Shown in pieces: positions 28,938-38,709 of a DNA stretch of 42,614 bases. The position numbers were made by a program, and so were the translations under genes. The notes beneath the pieces are model-generated. The model made no database searches. It had not been told where the DNA came from and saw only the letters and a program-made list of their open reading frames with translations. Source of the DNA: an uncultured Gammaproteobacteria bacterium (GTDB taxonomy: Bacteria; Patescibacteriota; Patescibacteriia; UBA9934; GWF2-40-263); the NCBI GenBank assembly GCA_964428465.1, contig CAYRYG010000002.1, positions 1-42,614 of the forward strand, written 5' to 3'. Position 1 is the first letter of the stretch. Each line of letters opens with the position of its first letter.

Positions 28938-29522
28938 CTAATCGCGGTCGCGGGCGGCGCCGGTCCAAGGGTCGTTGGACGGGGCCGGATGGTCGAACCA
29001 GATGCGGGCGCTCGTGACGTCCGCCAGGTGGCAGAGACCGGCGAGCGGCCCCATGACGCGCCGTCGGCTCGAGTAGCTCGCCAGCTCGCCCTCCACGTAG
29101 AGCATCCCGTTGCGCTGCTCTTCCGTGAGCTCGACGCCATACTCCGCGAGCTTCGCGAAGCGGAACGCGTGCTGGGCCTCCTTCGTGCGAAGCGCCGCGA
29201 TCTCGTTGAGCGTCCCGTCCTGGACAATCTCATACTTCCACGGTTTCTCGAGATCGTGGAGGTAGGTGACGAGCAGCGCGTCGGAGAGGGGGAACGGCAG
29301 CGGTCGCAGGGCGTTCAGCGTGCGGTACAGGACGACCACGACGTTCATGATCTCCCGGACGTGGTCGATGTACCCGCCGGGCCATGCCTGGTGGTTGTTT
29401 GTCGATCCCTGCACCGTCTGGAACAGCACGCGGTTGTCCCTGAGGATACGCAGGCACGCCGAACGGTTCGGCTCATCGATCATCTCGATCAGCTCTTCGA
29501 CGGCAAGGTACGAAGGCGTCAT
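28938..29522 (-). CDS. HD-domain phosphohydrolase
   Basis: Start at MTPSYLAVEEL (AGGAG SD 8 nt upstream, TTGACA promoter further upstream). H...HD signature (HQAWPGGYIDHV, YLHDLEK). Confidence 0.75.
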   Translation of the reverse strand: MTPSYLAVEELIEMIDEPNRSACLRILRDNRVLFQTVQGSTNNHQAWPGGYIDHVREIMNVVVVLYRTLNALRPLPFPLSDALLVTYLHDLEKPWKYEIVQDGTLNEIAALRTKEAQHAFRFAKLAEYGVELTEEQRNGMLYVEGELASYSSRRRVMGPLAGLCHLADVTSARIWFDHPAPSNDPWTGAARDRD

Positions 29523-29637
29523 CGCGTTCACTCCTGTCAGGGAGTGTTGCACGAATCGGCCGATTTGTCAATGGCCTCATCGCCAAATTTTCTGAAACCG
29601 CATATGAAAAACGCGCCCTTCGGCGCGCGTCTCTCCG

Positions 29638-32310
29638 TCATTTCCACTCTCTCATCTCCCCCCAATTTTTTCCAATTTCCACCTCCACCGCGAGCGGAAC
29701 GTCGAAGCTCGCCACGCTTTCCATCATGTGCTGCACGCCGCGTGCCACCGCGTCGACGGCCTTCTCGTCGCACTCGAGCACGAGCTCGTCGTGAACTTGG
29801 AGGAGCATCTTCGCCGGCCACTTGCTGGCCGTGAGCCACCCGTCCACGGAGAGCATCGCCATCTTCATGAGGTCCGCGGCCGTCCCTTGCACCGGCATGT
29901 TGATCGCCATGCGCTCGGCCATCGCCACGAGCATCGGGACGTTGCCCTGGATCTCCGGCAGGTAGCGCCGGCGGCCGAACAGCGTCTCCACGTATCCCTC
30001 CGCGTGCGCCTTCGCCTTCGTCTCGTCGAGGTAGGCGCGGACCGCGTGGTGGATTTGAAAGTAGCGGTCGATGAAGTCTTGTGCCTCCGCGAACGACATC
30101 TTGGTGGAGCGCGCGAGCGAGCGCGGCCCCATCCCGTACATGATCCCGAAGTTGATGGCCTTCGCGGCGCGGCGCTGGTCGCCGGTCACCTTCTCCTCGG
30201 GGATCCCCCACACCTCGGACGCGGTGCGTGTATGGATGTCCGCGCCGTCCCGGAACGCGTCGATGAACGGCTGGTCCTTCGCGATCACCGCGATGAGGCG
30301 CAGTTCCACCTGCGAGTAGTCCGCGGCGATAAGCACGTTTCCCTTTTCCGCCACGAACGCCTTGCGGATCTCGTTCCCAAGGTCGGTCTTGATCGGGATG
30401 TTTTGTAAGTTTGGCTCGACCGACGACAGGCGCCCGGTCGCCGCGATGGTCTGGTTGTACGTCGTGTGGATGCGGCCGTCCTTCGCGACCAGCTTCGGCA
30501 GCGACTCCGCGTAGGTCGACTGCAGCTTCGCGTGCTCGCGGTACTCGCTAATCAGCGGGACGATCGCGTGCGCGTCCTCGAGCTTCTCGAGCTCGGTCGC
30601 GGCGGTGGAATAGCCGCTCGTGGTCTTCTTGATCCCCTTGGTCGGCAGCCCGAGCTTGTCGAACAGGACGGTGGCGAGCTGGGAGGGCGAATTCACGTTG
30701 AAGTCCTCGCCCGCGAGCTCGCGGATCTCTGCGGACAACTCCTCGATCTTCTTCGCGAGCACCTTGGAGAACTTCTCGAGCGCCCGCACGTCCACGGCCA
30801 CGCCGGTCTTTTCCATCTCATACAGGACCGGGATGAGCGGCATCTCGATGTCGGTGAGCACCTTCGTCATCCCGGACGCGTCGAGCTCCGCGAGCATCCG
30901 GCGCGAGACGGCCGGCAGCTCGGCCGCGACGGAACCGAGGGTGAGCAGCTCCTTCTCCGTGCCGAACGACTCGGGAACCGCGATCGTCGGGACCACGGCG
31001 GCGAGGTCGTGCGAGCGCGAGCCCGACGAGAGGAGATATGACGCGAGCATGAGGTCGGTCACGCGCCCGTCCGCGTCCCAGCCCGTGAGGTGCATGGCGC
31101 GCTTCCAGTCGTGCGCGACGACGCGCGACGCGGCGTCGACTTTCTCCCTCACGACCGCGAGCAGCTCCGCGTTCGGGTTCGGGACCACGGCCGTGCGCGA
31201 TCCGTCCGAAACCGCGACCGCCGCGAGGGTCGCGCCGAACAGGTCCGGCGCCTGCTCGACCACGAGCACCGCGATCGTCTCGTCGCTGATCCCCGCGAGC
31301 GCGTCCCTCGCGTTCGCCGCCCCGCGGACGATATTCACAGCCACTTTAGTGGCGTCTCGCCGCGACGGGACTGAAGTCCCTGTGAATTTCCCCGTCCCCA
31401 TGTTATCCACCGGCGGTGCGTCCCCGGCGGGCGCACCGCCAAGCTTCTTGATCAATGTCCTGAAATCCAGGTCGCGGTACAGCTGCAGCAGCCGGTCCAT
31501 GTCCGGCGCGGCCATCTTCGCCTGCTCGAACTCGAACCCGAGCGGCACGTCGCGCACGATGGTCACGAGCTCCACGGAATCGCGCGCGACCTGTTCCTGC
31601 CCGGCGAACTTCTTCGAAACCTTTTCCGGCAAGTTGCCGTCCTTGAGCGCCTTCAAAATTCCCTCGACGCCCCCGAACCCGCTGATCAGTTCCTTCGCGC
31701 CCTTCTCCCCGATCCCGCGCACGCCCGGAATGTTGTCGCTCGGGTCGCCGCGCAGCGCCTTGTAGTCGATGAGCTGCGCGGGCGTGAACCCATACTTTTC
31801 CTTCACCGCCGCCGCGTCGAACGTCTTGGTCTCGGAAATGCCCTTCAGGAAATACACCACCTTCGTGGTGTCGTCGACCAGCTGGAGCGCATCCTGGTCG
31901 CCGGTCACGATGAGCGTCTCAAGCCTCTTCTTTTTCGCCAGCTGCGAGATGGTCCCGATCACGTCGTCCGCCTCGAACCCTTCCGCGGACACCGACGGGA
32001 TGCCGTAGAGCGACAGGATCTCCTGGATGAGCGGGATCTGCGCGTACAGCTCCGGTTCCTTTTCCTTGCGCTGCGCCTTGTACGCCGCGAACTTCTCGTG
32101 GCGGAACGTCTTGCCCGGCAAATCCCACGCCACGGCCATGGAGTCCGGCTTGAAGTCGCGCAGCATCTTGTCGAGCACCGCCGCGAACCCGTACGCGGCG
32201 TTCACCACGCGCCCGTCCTTGGTGGTGAGCGGCGGAATGGCGTGCCACGCGCGGTGCAGGAGCGCGTTGCCGTCGAGCAGGATCAGCGTTTTTTTGCTTT
32301 GTGCGGCCAT
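29638..32310 (-). CDS. polA: DNA polymerase I
   Basis: 890 aa. 5'-nuclease domain (LILLDGNALLHRAWHA, GDPSDNIPGVRGIGEKGA). Pol A motifs (ADYSQVELRL, RRAAKAINFGIMYGM, QVHDELV). Confidence 0.95.
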   Translation of the reverse strand: MAAQSKKTLILLDGNALLHRAWHAIPPLTTKDGRVVNAAYGFAAVLDKMLRDFKPDSMAVAWDLPGKTFRHEKFAAYKAQRKEKEPELYAQIPLIQEILSLYGIPSVSAEGFEADDVIGTISQLAKKKRLETLIVTGDQDALQLVDDTTKVVYFLKGISETKTFDAAAVKEKYGFTPAQLIDYKALRGDPSDNIPGVRGIGEKGAKELISGFGGVEGILKALKDGNLPEKVSKKFAGQEQVARDSVELVTIVRDVPLGFEFEQAKMAAPDMDRLLQLYRDLDFRTLIKKLGGAPAGDAPPVDNMGTGKFTGTSVPSRRDATKVAVNIVRGAANARDALAGISDETIAVLVVEQAPDLFGATLAAVAVSDGSRTAVVPNPNAELLAVVREKVDAASRVVAHDWKRAMHLTGWDADGRVTDLMLASYLLSSGSRSHDLAAVVPTIAVPESFGTEKELLTLGSVAAELPAVSRRMLAELDASGMTKVLTDIEMPLIPVLYEMEKTGVAVDVRALEKFSKVLAKKIEELSAEIRELAGEDFNVNSPSQLATVLFDKLGLPTKGIKKTTSGYSTAATELEKLEDAHAIVPLISEYREHAKLQSTYAESLPKLVAKDGRIHTTYNQTIAATGRLSSVEPNLQNIPIKTDLGNEIRKAFVAEKGNVLIAADYSQVELRLIAVIAKDQPFIDAFRDGADIHTRTASEVWGIPEEKVTGDQRRAAKAINFGIMYGMGPRSLARSTKMSFAEAQDFIDRYFQIHHAVRAYLDETKAKAHAEGYVETLFGRRRYLPEIQGNVPMLVAMAERMAINMPVQGTAADLMKMAMLSVDGWLTASKWPAKMLLQVHDELVLECDEKAVDAVARGVQHMMESVASFDVPLAVEVEIGKNWGEMREWK

Positions 32311-32415
32311 AGAGTTACGTGTAGCTTACGCAATTTGCGGCCGCCCGTCCACGCTCCGATTAAAAATTCCAATACCCGGTATTGGATGGATTAGCGAAAA
32401 AAGCGCCCCGGCCCG

Positions 32416-33420
32416 CTAGGGCTGGAGCGCCGTTTCCGCGTCGCCTTCCACGCTGATGATGACGGTGTCCACGGTGTCGAACTGGAAGATGGTATTTTCG
32501 ATCTGGCTGCGGATGGCCGTCACGGCGCAGGAGCCGCCGCCGGGCTCGAGCCCGTACGAGAAGTCCGCCTTGGCCACGCGGTCCGCGATCACGAGCGAGT
32601 TGAGCTCCGCGTACGCCGGGATGCTGGTCCAGTATCCCTGTGCCCGTTCCTCCTCGGTCGGTCCCTTCAGCAACTCCGCGATCGCCGCGCGGCCGATCGC
32701 CGCGGTCTCGGCCACGGTGCGCCGGACCGGGAACACTTCCGAGCAGTCATACGATCCGGTCGACGGCTTGCCGAAGTACACCTTGAACGCGGAGGTCTTC
32801 GTCGACAGCAGGTTGAGACCGACGGAGACGAGATCCTGCTCGCTCCCGTCCCTCGCGGAGTACTCGAGCACCTCGAGCGTGAACGCGGTCTCGGTCATCG
32901 CGGGAAGGAAGATCTCGAAGGTAAACGGGCCGAACCATCCGACCTCTCGCGCGTCCGTCATCGCGATCCCCTGGTCAAGCACGGTGCCGGCGGCGTCCTT
33001 CACGCGCCAGCTGAACGTCTGCTCGAACACGCGGCCGAACCCGGAGACGACGAGCGGGGACGTGACCGTCGATCCGCCCGCGGGGGACGCCACCATCAGG
33101 TTCTGGCTCTCCGGGACGTCGACGATTTCCGCGACCACCACGAGCGTGGACGGGTCGCGCTCGCCCTTCGCGACGATGACCGTCCCGAACAGGCCGGACG
33201 CCGCCGGGGCGTCCGAGGGCCACAGGACCTCCTCGGTCGCGCCGGTCGCGGTCCGAACCGACGCGAGGTTCGTCGCGGCGTCATAGGCCTCGACGACCCC
33301 GTTGACGTACTGCGTCTCGACCACGGGAGGCTCCTCCACGGCAACGGGCGCCTCCGTTTGGAAGACGCAGCCGGCGCCGATCAGCAAAATCGCGAGAAAA
33401 AGGGGGATGAGATTCTTCAC
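32416..33420 (-). CDS. lipoprotein with Gmad2 Ig-like and GerMN domains
   Basis: Lipobox LLIGAGC. The middle SPLVVSGFGRVFEQTFSWRVKD... is Gmad2-like. The C-terminal VYFGK...VFPVRR...AAIAELLKGPTEEE...ISVEG is the GerMN pattern. Confidence 0.78.
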   Translation of the reverse strand: MKNLIPLFLAILLIGAGCVFQTEAPVAVEEPPVVETQYVNGVVEAYDAATNLASVRTATGATEEVLWPSDAPAASGLFGTVIVAKGERDPSTLVVVAEIVDVPESQNLMVASPAGGSTVTSPLVVSGFGRVFEQTFSWRVKDAAGTVLDQGIAMTDAREVGWFGPFTFEIFLPAMTETAFTLEVLEYSARDGSEQDLVSVGLNLLSTKTSAFKVYFGKPSTGSYDCSEVFPVRRTVAETAAIGRAAIAELLKGPTEEERAQGYWTSIPAYAELNSLVIADRVAKADFSYGLEPGGGSCAVTAIRSQIENTIFQFDTVDTVIISVEGDAETALQP

Positions 33421-33481
33421 ACCGCCCCATCCTACCGGACTCTTGCCCGTTTCGCAATCGTCTGCTAAACTGCGCGCACAC

Positions 33482-33557
33482 GGCGGCTATAGCACAACGG
33501 CTAGTGCACCTGGTTGTGGTCCAGGCTATGAGGGTTCGATTCCCTCTAGTCGCCCCA
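33482..33557 (+). tRNA. tRNA-His(GTG)
   Basis: G(-1)GCGGCTATAGCACAACGGCTAGTGCACCTGGTTGTGGTCCAGGCTATGAGGGTTCGATTCCCTCTAGTCGCCCCA. Anticodon loop TTGTGGT, extra G-1 opposite C73, encoded CCA. Confidence 0.93.
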
Positions 33558-33589
33558 TCACAAAACCTCCCGACAGGGAGGTTTTGTGA
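33558..33589. terminator. 14-bp perfect hairpin between convergent tRNA-His and gene 33650-34369
   Basis: TCACAAAACCTCCC-gaca-GGGAGGTTTTGTGA. There is no external T-run, so its terminator function is uncertain. Confidence 0.45.
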
Positions 33590-33649
33590 TGCGCACGAAC
33601 GGATACCATTACCGGGTAATGGACGGGTGAACGTGTGCGGGAAGTTCCG

Positions 33650-34369
33650 TTATCGGAGCCGGAAGGTGCGAACGACCGCGTCGGCCTCGTTGAGGAAATC
33701 GGCGGCCTCGGACCGGGTGTCCGTCGAGACGCCGAACAGGTAGACGCGATCCGGGGCGTCGATGAAGTAGGTGACGTTGGTCTGGGCGGCACCCTCGATG
33801 TAGCACGGCTTCAGGCATTGGAGCATGCTGCGCGCGGCGAGCGCGGTGCCGATTTGGTCGTAGGTCGTGCTGACGGAAACGTCCTCCTCGGAATAGTCGG
33901 GGAACGCCTCGGCGGCCTCGGCGCGCATGAACGCGACGATCTCGGCCACGTCCGCGTCGTCCCAGGCGCGCTCGGTGAGAACGTCGTCGAACGACGCGCC
34001 GTCCTTCAGCACGTCGGTGACCGTGATGCGCACGTCGGGCTCCAGCGCGCCGTCGTCCGGCTCGTTATACATCCATCCGTACAGGTAGGTACCGCCCGCG
34101 ATCCGCTCGTTCCCGTCCGCGGCGACGGAAACCCATCCCTCCGGAAGCTCGACCGCAAACCGGTCCGACGCGATCGGCTGGACGTCGGCCGTCTCGGGCT
34201 CGTCGGAACCGGACGCGCCCGTGTCCCGCGTTGCCGCCTCCCCGGCGATCATGTCCTCGAGAACGGACGACTTGCCGTATCCGGCCGCGATCACGTATCC
34301 CATCGCCAACACCAGCGCGACGGCGACGACGGAGAGAAGGACGAGCGACGAGCGCTTGAGACGAATCAT
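33650..34369 (-). CDS. membrane-anchored/secreted hypothetical protein (239 aa)
   Basis: Start at MIRLKRSSLVLLSVVAVALVLAMGYVIAAG (signal anchor), followed by an acidic soluble domain. No family recognised. Confidence 0.6.
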   Translation of the reverse strand: MIRLKRSSLVLLSVVAVALVLAMGYVIAAGYGKSSVLEDMIAGEAATRDTGASGSDEPETADVQPIASDRFAVELPEGWVSVAADGNERIAGGTYLYGWMYNEPDDGALEPDVRITVTDVLKDGASFDDVLTERAWDDADVAEIVAFMRAEAAEAFPDYSEEDVSVSTTYDQIGTALAARSMLQCLKPCYIEGAAQTNVTYFIDAPDRVYLFGVSTDTRSEAADFLNEADAVVRTFRLR

Positions 34370-34442
34370 ACGCGCACACTGTATCGCGCTTCCTCGGCCG
34401 AGACAAGAAATCAAAAGACGGCCGTCCTTCACGGTCGTCTTT

Positions 34443-34519
34443 TGGTGCCCGGGAAGGGACTCGAACCCCCAACCAAGTGCTTAGAACGCACCTGCTCTAT
34501 CCAGTTGAGCTACCCGGGC
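34443..34519 (-). tRNA. tRNA-Arg(TCT)
   Basis: Reverse complement GCCCGGGTAGCTCAACTGGATAGAGCAGGTGCGTTCTAAGCACTTGGTTGGGGGTTCGAGTCCCTTCCCGGGCACCA. Anticodon loop GTTCTAA, encoded CCA. Confidence 0.9.
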
Positions 34520-34569
34520 GCGAGATGATCTTAGCCGAACGAGATAAAAAAATCGAGTGCGCGGGGCAC

Positions 34570-35157
34570 TCAGAAGGCGAAGTTCGCGTCGCGCGAGAGG
34601 AGGATGCGCGGGTGCGCCTCCCGCGTGACGCCGTCGCGGGCGAACGCGATGGCACACAGGCGCGAGAGGAGCGGCGCGTCGAGGGCGCGGATGGCAACGT
34701 ACACGCGCCCCCCGCCGTTCTCACGGATCCCGTCGAGCGCGCGGTTCGCGAGCGCGCGGCCGACGCCCATCTGGCGCACCGGCGCATGCACGGCGACGAG
34801 GAGCGCCCAGGATGGCGAACGCTCGAGGGTGACGCCCACGTGCGCGTCGAAGTGATTCACGAGGAGCGCGTCGGCGAGCTCCTGCGGGGTCGCGACCGGT
34901 ACGGCCAGCGCGAGCCCGAGCGGCGGCTGCGCCACGCGGGCGTTCATCGCCACGGCACGCGCGGCGAACGGCCCGAGGAAGGCGAACGTCAGCTGGCGGT
35001 CCAGATCCGTCTCGAGCTCGGTCTCGCCGGTCGCGAGCCGGTACAGCTCCCGGAGGTGCGTCGTCCGCGACCCCGGGCCGGGAGAGAAGATGGCGATCCC
35101 GCGGCTCGCGAGGGAATCGTCCGGTCGGCGGAAGGGAAGAACGTCTGCGGTAGGCAT
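34570..35157 (-). CDS. GNAT-family N-acetyltransferase
   Basis: 195 aa. LLVAVHAPVRQMGVGRALANRALDGIRENGG matches the acetyl-CoA binding motif A (Q/R-x-x-G-x-G/A). Confidence 0.7.
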   Translation of the reverse strand: MPTADVLPFRRPDDSLASRGIAIFSPGPGSRTTHLRELYRLATGETELETDLDRQLTFAFLGPFAARAVAMNARVAQPPLGLALAVPVATPQELADALLVNHFDAHVGVTLERSPSWALLVAVHAPVRQMGVGRALANRALDGIRENGGGRVYVAIRALDAPLLSRLCAIAFARDGVTREAHPRILLSRDANFAF

Positions 35158-35254
35158 CTGCGGCTCCTTGGAACGCCGTTGGCGTTCAAGAGAAGATAGG
35201 TCAAAACCCCGCGGATGTCAACCCGCGAAAGAAAAAACTCGCGTATCGCGCGAG

Positions 35255-35890
35255 TCAGCGGCGACCGGTCTCGATCGCGAGGAAATACTCGTTGCGGGGA
35301 GTAGTGTCGATCCGGTCCTCGACCGTTCGGAGTTCGACGGTCGGGATCCGTTGTCGTTCCGAGAGGCACGCGAAGTACCTCGCGCCGAAATCATCCATGC
35401 GCGTAACCGCGTCAAGCGCGGCCACGGACCAGCGCTCCTGGACAGACGGATACTGCTCCGAAAAAGCCAGCAGTTCCAGGATGTCCGCCGGACGAAGCCG
35501 ACGCCGATCCATCTCCTCACGCACCAGGTCCATCGAGACGTAGCGCCTCCTGTAGACGGGGCCGCCGACGTACCGACGATATCCCCCGGGCAGGACGGTC
35601 CACCCTCCCTCCCCAAACTCCGTCGTGACAATGGAAGTCCTGACTTGGACGAGCCACCCAATGCGCGTACGAACTCCGGTCCCGTGCGACCACCGATGCC
35701 GAGCGGGAATGCTCGCGTTCGTGATTCGCGGGTCCGGCCCCAGATACAACCTGGACCGCAGGTAGTCCTCCGTGTCCCGCTCCGAATCGACGCGAAGCGG
35801 ATAGCTGCGCCTTACGCATGTGACGCGGATCTGATCGGGCGCCTGTGGCCGACCGAAAAGCCATTCGAACATAGCCGCCTCCGATGACAT
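35255..35890 (-). CDS. hypothetical protein (211 aa; start uncertain)
   Basis: Reasonable amino-acid composition (W/Y/F present). No family recognised. An alternative ATG lies at 35872. Confidence 0.5.
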   Translation of the reverse strand: MSSEAAMFEWLFGRPQAPDQIRVTCVRRSYPLRVDSERDTEDYLRSRLYLGPDPRITNASIPARHRWSHGTGVRTRIGWLVQVRTSIVTTEFGEGGWTVLPGGYRRYVGGPVYRRRYVSMDLVREEMDRRRLRPADILELLAFSEQYPSVQERWSVAALDAVTRMDDFGARYFACLSERQRIPTVELRTVEDRIDTTPRNEYFLAIETGRR

Positions 35891-35913
35891 CTAAGACCGG
35901 CTGCGCGTGCCTG

Positions 35914-36837
35914 TCAACCCTTCTTCCCGTGGAACTTCTTGTGGATGTCCTTGAGATGCGCGTTCGTCACGTGCGTGTAAATCTGGGTCGTCGTGATCGA
36001 CGCGTGGCCGAGCATGGACTGGACGCTGCGGATGTCCGCGCCGTTCATGAGCAGGTCGGTGGCGAACGTGTGCCGGAGCGTATGCGGGGTGATCCGCTTG
36101 GTGATGCCCGCGGCCTTGGCATAGCGCTCCACGAGGCGCTGGATGCTGCGCGGGGTGAGCGGGCCCGCGTCGTCGCGCCCGCCCTTGGCGCGGTCGTGCG
36201 ACACGAAGAGGAAGGGGGACGCGTCGCGGCGCTTGTCGAGGTACGCCCGGATCGCCGCCTTCGCCGCGTCGGACAAAAACACCACGCGCGCCTTGTCGCC
36301 CTTTCCGCGCACCGTGAACTCGTCGCGCTTCAGGTTCACCTGGTCGATCCTCAGGTTGGCGAGCTCGCTCACGCGCGTCCCGGTCGAGAACAGCAGCTCC
36401 AGGATCGCCTTGTCCCGCAGCGCCACCAGCCCCTCGCTCTCGCGCATCGGCACCGCGAGGATCCGGTCGAGCTCGTCGGGCTCAAGGAAGGAGACGATGC
36501 GCGACGGGGCCTTCGACAGCTCGATCTGCTCGGCCGGGAGTGACTTCACGTCGCGGCGCGAGAGGAATTTCAGGAACGAGCGGAGCGCGATCAGGTGGTA
36601 GTTCTGCGTGGACTTCTTGATGAGGTCCTCGTCGCGGCCCGGAACGTCACGATTCAGCCACAGCCGGTACTTGTGGATCATCTCGCGCGTGATCGCCGAC
36701 GGCTTCGGGTGCTTCGCCCACTCGGAAAACCGGCGCAAATAAAAATCGTAGTTCGCGATGGTGCGGTGCGACCGCCCGCGATCCACTTCCAGATACTCCA
36801 AAAAATCCGTGATGCGCTTGTCGAGTTCCGATGCCAT
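35914..36837 (-). CDS. xerC: tyrosine site-specific recombinase, XerC/XerD family
   Basis: 307 aa. N-terminal SAM-like core-binding domain (FLEYLEVDRGRSHRTIANY). Catalytic residues in context: TGTRVSEL, HTLRHTFATDLL, LGHASITTTQIYTHV. The XerC versus XerD assignment is not resolvable by eye. Confidence 0.88.
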   Translation of the reverse strand: MASELDKRITDFLEYLEVDRGRSHRTIANYDFYLRRFSEWAKHPKPSAITREMIHKYRLWLNRDVPGRDEDLIKKSTQNYHLIALRSFLKFLSRRDVKSLPAEQIELSKAPSRIVSFLEPDELDRILAVPMRESEGLVALRDKAILELLFSTGTRVSELANLRIDQVNLKRDEFTVRGKGDKARVVFLSDAAKAAIRAYLDKRRDASPFLFVSHDRAKGGRDDAGPLTPRSIQRLVERYAKAAGITKRITPHTLRHTFATDLLMNGADIRSVQSMLGHASITTTQIYTHVTNAHLKDIHKKFHGKKG

Positions 36838-36874
36838 AGCGTCCTCATTATACCTGTGCTACCATGGCGACGCT

Positions 36875-37189
36875 ATGGAGTGGCTTTCACGTCTGCTTGT
36901 GTGCGTGTTGGTCGTGACGGGAATTTCCGTCGCCCTCGTTTCGGGCTGCCAGTTCTCCGACCGCGTGCTGCCCGACGGCGGCTCGTGCTCGCAGGCGCAG
37001 ATCGGCCCGTACGTCCCGCTCGCGACGCAGACGGACGCCGACCTCCCGCCCCTGCGCGTCGAGCTTTTCGCCACGCTGGTCGCCACGCTCCTCCTCGTCG
37101 TCCCCACGCTCGAGACCGCGTTCCCCTCGGACCTGCGCAACCGTTCGCGCGGGAGTCCGAAAGTTGCGTTCGTCGCCATGCGGGATTGA
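36875..37189 (+). CDS. possible small lipoprotein (104 aa)
   Basis: MEWLSRLLVCVLVVTGISVALVSGC (lipobox). Weak support otherwise. Confidence 0.35.
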   Translation: MEWLSRLLVCVLVVTGISVALVSGCQFSDRVLPDGGSCSQAQIGPYVPLATQTDADLPPLRVELFATLVATLLLVVPTLETAFPSDLRNRSRGSPKVAFVAMRD

Positions 37190-37234
37190 GCGCAGGCTAA
37201 AGCCTGCGACTACGATCATTCACTATTTTCCCTT

Positions 37235-38008
37235 ATGGAAACCAACAAGTCCCTGTTTGACATGATGCCGTCGAAGACCGCGTTCTGGGTCGGGTTCGGC
37301 ACCGCCATCCTCGCCATCGGCACGCTCGGGTTCATCGTCCTCGGCAGCTGCATGCTGAAGGGAACGTGCGGCAACCTCGCCGCGGCCGAGGACACGGAGA
37401 AAACCGCGGCCCCGACGGCCGCGCCGACGGCCGTCCCGACGACCACCGGCTCGACCGTGGCCGTGTCGAGAATCGCCGCCGTCGACGACGAGGACCACAT
37501 TCTCGGCGACGAGGACGCGGAAATCACCATCGTCGAATACTCGGACTTCGAGTGCCCGTTCTGCTCCCGCTTCCACCCGACGCTCCAGCAGATGGTCGAG
37601 GACTACGACGGCAAGGTGCGCTGGGTCTACCGTGACTTCCCGCTTTCGTTCCACCCGGAATCAGAAAACGCCGCCGAGGCCGCGGAATGCGCCGGCGAGC
37701 AGGGCAAGTTCTGGGAATACGGCGACGCGCTCGTCGAGAACCAGTCGTCGCTCGGCGATGACCTCTACAAGAAGCTCGCCACCGACCTCGGCCTGAACGC
37801 GTCCCAGTTCGACACCTGCCGCTCGTCCGACAAGTACCTCGAGGAAATCTCGACGGACGCGGCGGAAGGCGCGGCGGCCGGCGTCACCGGCACCCCGGGC
37901 TCGTTCATCTTCAAGACGGACGCGAAGGGAACCGACACGGCGATCGTCATCAAGGGCGCCCAGTCCGCCTCGGCGGTGAAGGCGGCCATCGACTCGCTGC
38001 TCAAGTAA
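37235..38008 (+). CDS. DsbA-family thiol:disulfide oxidoreductase with N-terminal TM anchor
   Basis: 257 aa. TM helix, Thr/Pro/Ala linker, then a thioredoxin fold with the CPFC active site (EYSDFECPFCSRFH) and the GTPGSFI cis-Pro region. Confidence 0.85.
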   Translation: METNKSLFDMMPSKTAFWVGFGTAILAIGTLGFIVLGSCMLKGTCGNLAAAEDTEKTAAPTAAPTAVPTTTGSTVAVSRIAAVDDEDHILGDEDAEITIVEYSDFECPFCSRFHPTLQQMVEDYDGKVRWVYRDFPLSFHPESENAAEAAECAGEQGKFWEYGDALVENQSSLGDDLYKKLATDLGLNASQFDTCRSSDKYLEEISTDAAEGAAAGVTGTPGSFIFKTDAKGTDTAIVIKGAQSASAVKAAIDSLLK

Positions 38009-38015
38009 GGATCCG

Positions 38016-38045
38016 AAGGACGGGGATTGACCCCGTCCTTTTGTT
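38016..38045 (+). terminator. intrinsic terminator after the DsbA-like gene
   Basis: AAGGACGGGG-attga-CCCCGTCCTT then TTGTT. Confidence 0.75.
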
Positions 38046-38076
38046 ATGGCAGGATCCGGCGCGGAGGAACTGTCGA

Positions 38077-38637
38077 ATGGCAAGATTCATCGAACACGCC
38101 ATGGGGGCAAGCGCGTCCGGCGCATCCCTGTTGGAAGCGCAGCAGACCGGGGTGCCCGTCCAAATCGAGCTCATCGTCGACGGCCTGGGCGAGTGCCGGG
38201 GTCCCGTCCTGCACCTGCGCGTCGCCGACATCGGGCGGCCGGAGCCATTCGCGCGCGGGATCAAGCGATTCTTGCGCGGATACGTCGGCGAGTCGCCCGA
38301 CGCGTTCTCGGGCATTGCGCTCGACGCGCTCGATCGCGGCCGCGTGCAGTACGTGGAAGGGGAATTCACCCTGCGTGACCACGTGGTCATGTTGCACCCC
38401 TGCCCCGAGCCGGCCGGAAACGACGCCCCGGGCATCGAGCCGTGGCTCGTGCTCGCCAGGCCCGGCCAGGCCTTCGTCGAGCCGGTGACCGTGGTGCTGG
38501 CCCGCTCCGAGGCCGAGGCCGCCGCGCGCGCCCGCCTCGCGAAGAACGGCGTCCGCGACCTCTACGTCGGCCGCACCGCGGGCGGGGAAACCTACATCTG
38601 CACCCTCCGCCGCCTCGCCTCCTGCCCGTCGTTCTGA
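38077..38637 (+). CDS. hypothetical protein (186 aa)
   Basis: Start chosen at MARFIEHAMG, downstream of the terminator. No family recognised. Confidence 0.45.
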   Translation: MARFIEHAMGASASGASLLEAQQTGVPVQIELIVDGLGECRGPVLHLRVADIGRPEPFARGIKRFLRGYVGESPDAFSGIALDALDRGRVQYVEGEFTLRDHVVMLHPCPEPAGNDAPGIEPWLVLARPGQAFVEPVTVVLARSEAEAAARARLAKNGVRDLYVGRTAGGETYICTLRRLASCPSF

Positions 38638-38651
38638 CCGACGGGCTTTTT
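38624..38651 (+). terminator. intrinsic terminator (stop codon in the loop)
   Basis: GCCCGTCG-ttctgac-CGACGGGC then TTTTT. Confidence 0.7.
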
Positions 38652-38660
38652 CATTCCCGG

Positions 38661-38689
38661 TTGACAATGCCAATATTCGCCGGTACGAT
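38661..38689 (+). promoter_or_regulatory. putative promoter TTGACA-N17-TACGAT
   Basis: Read directly, 20 nt upstream of the GGAGGA-led TTG start at 38710. Confidence 0.45.
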
Positions 38690-38709
38690 CGTCATCCGGA
38701 GGAATCACA

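Noticed and set aside
35914-36837. Tyrosine recombinase as a marker of a prophage or integrative element.
   Set aside because: Its domain layout and motifs fit chromosomal XerC/XerD. The flanking genes (GNAT, a hypothetical, DsbA-like) show no phage or conjugation content, and no att-like repeats were seen.
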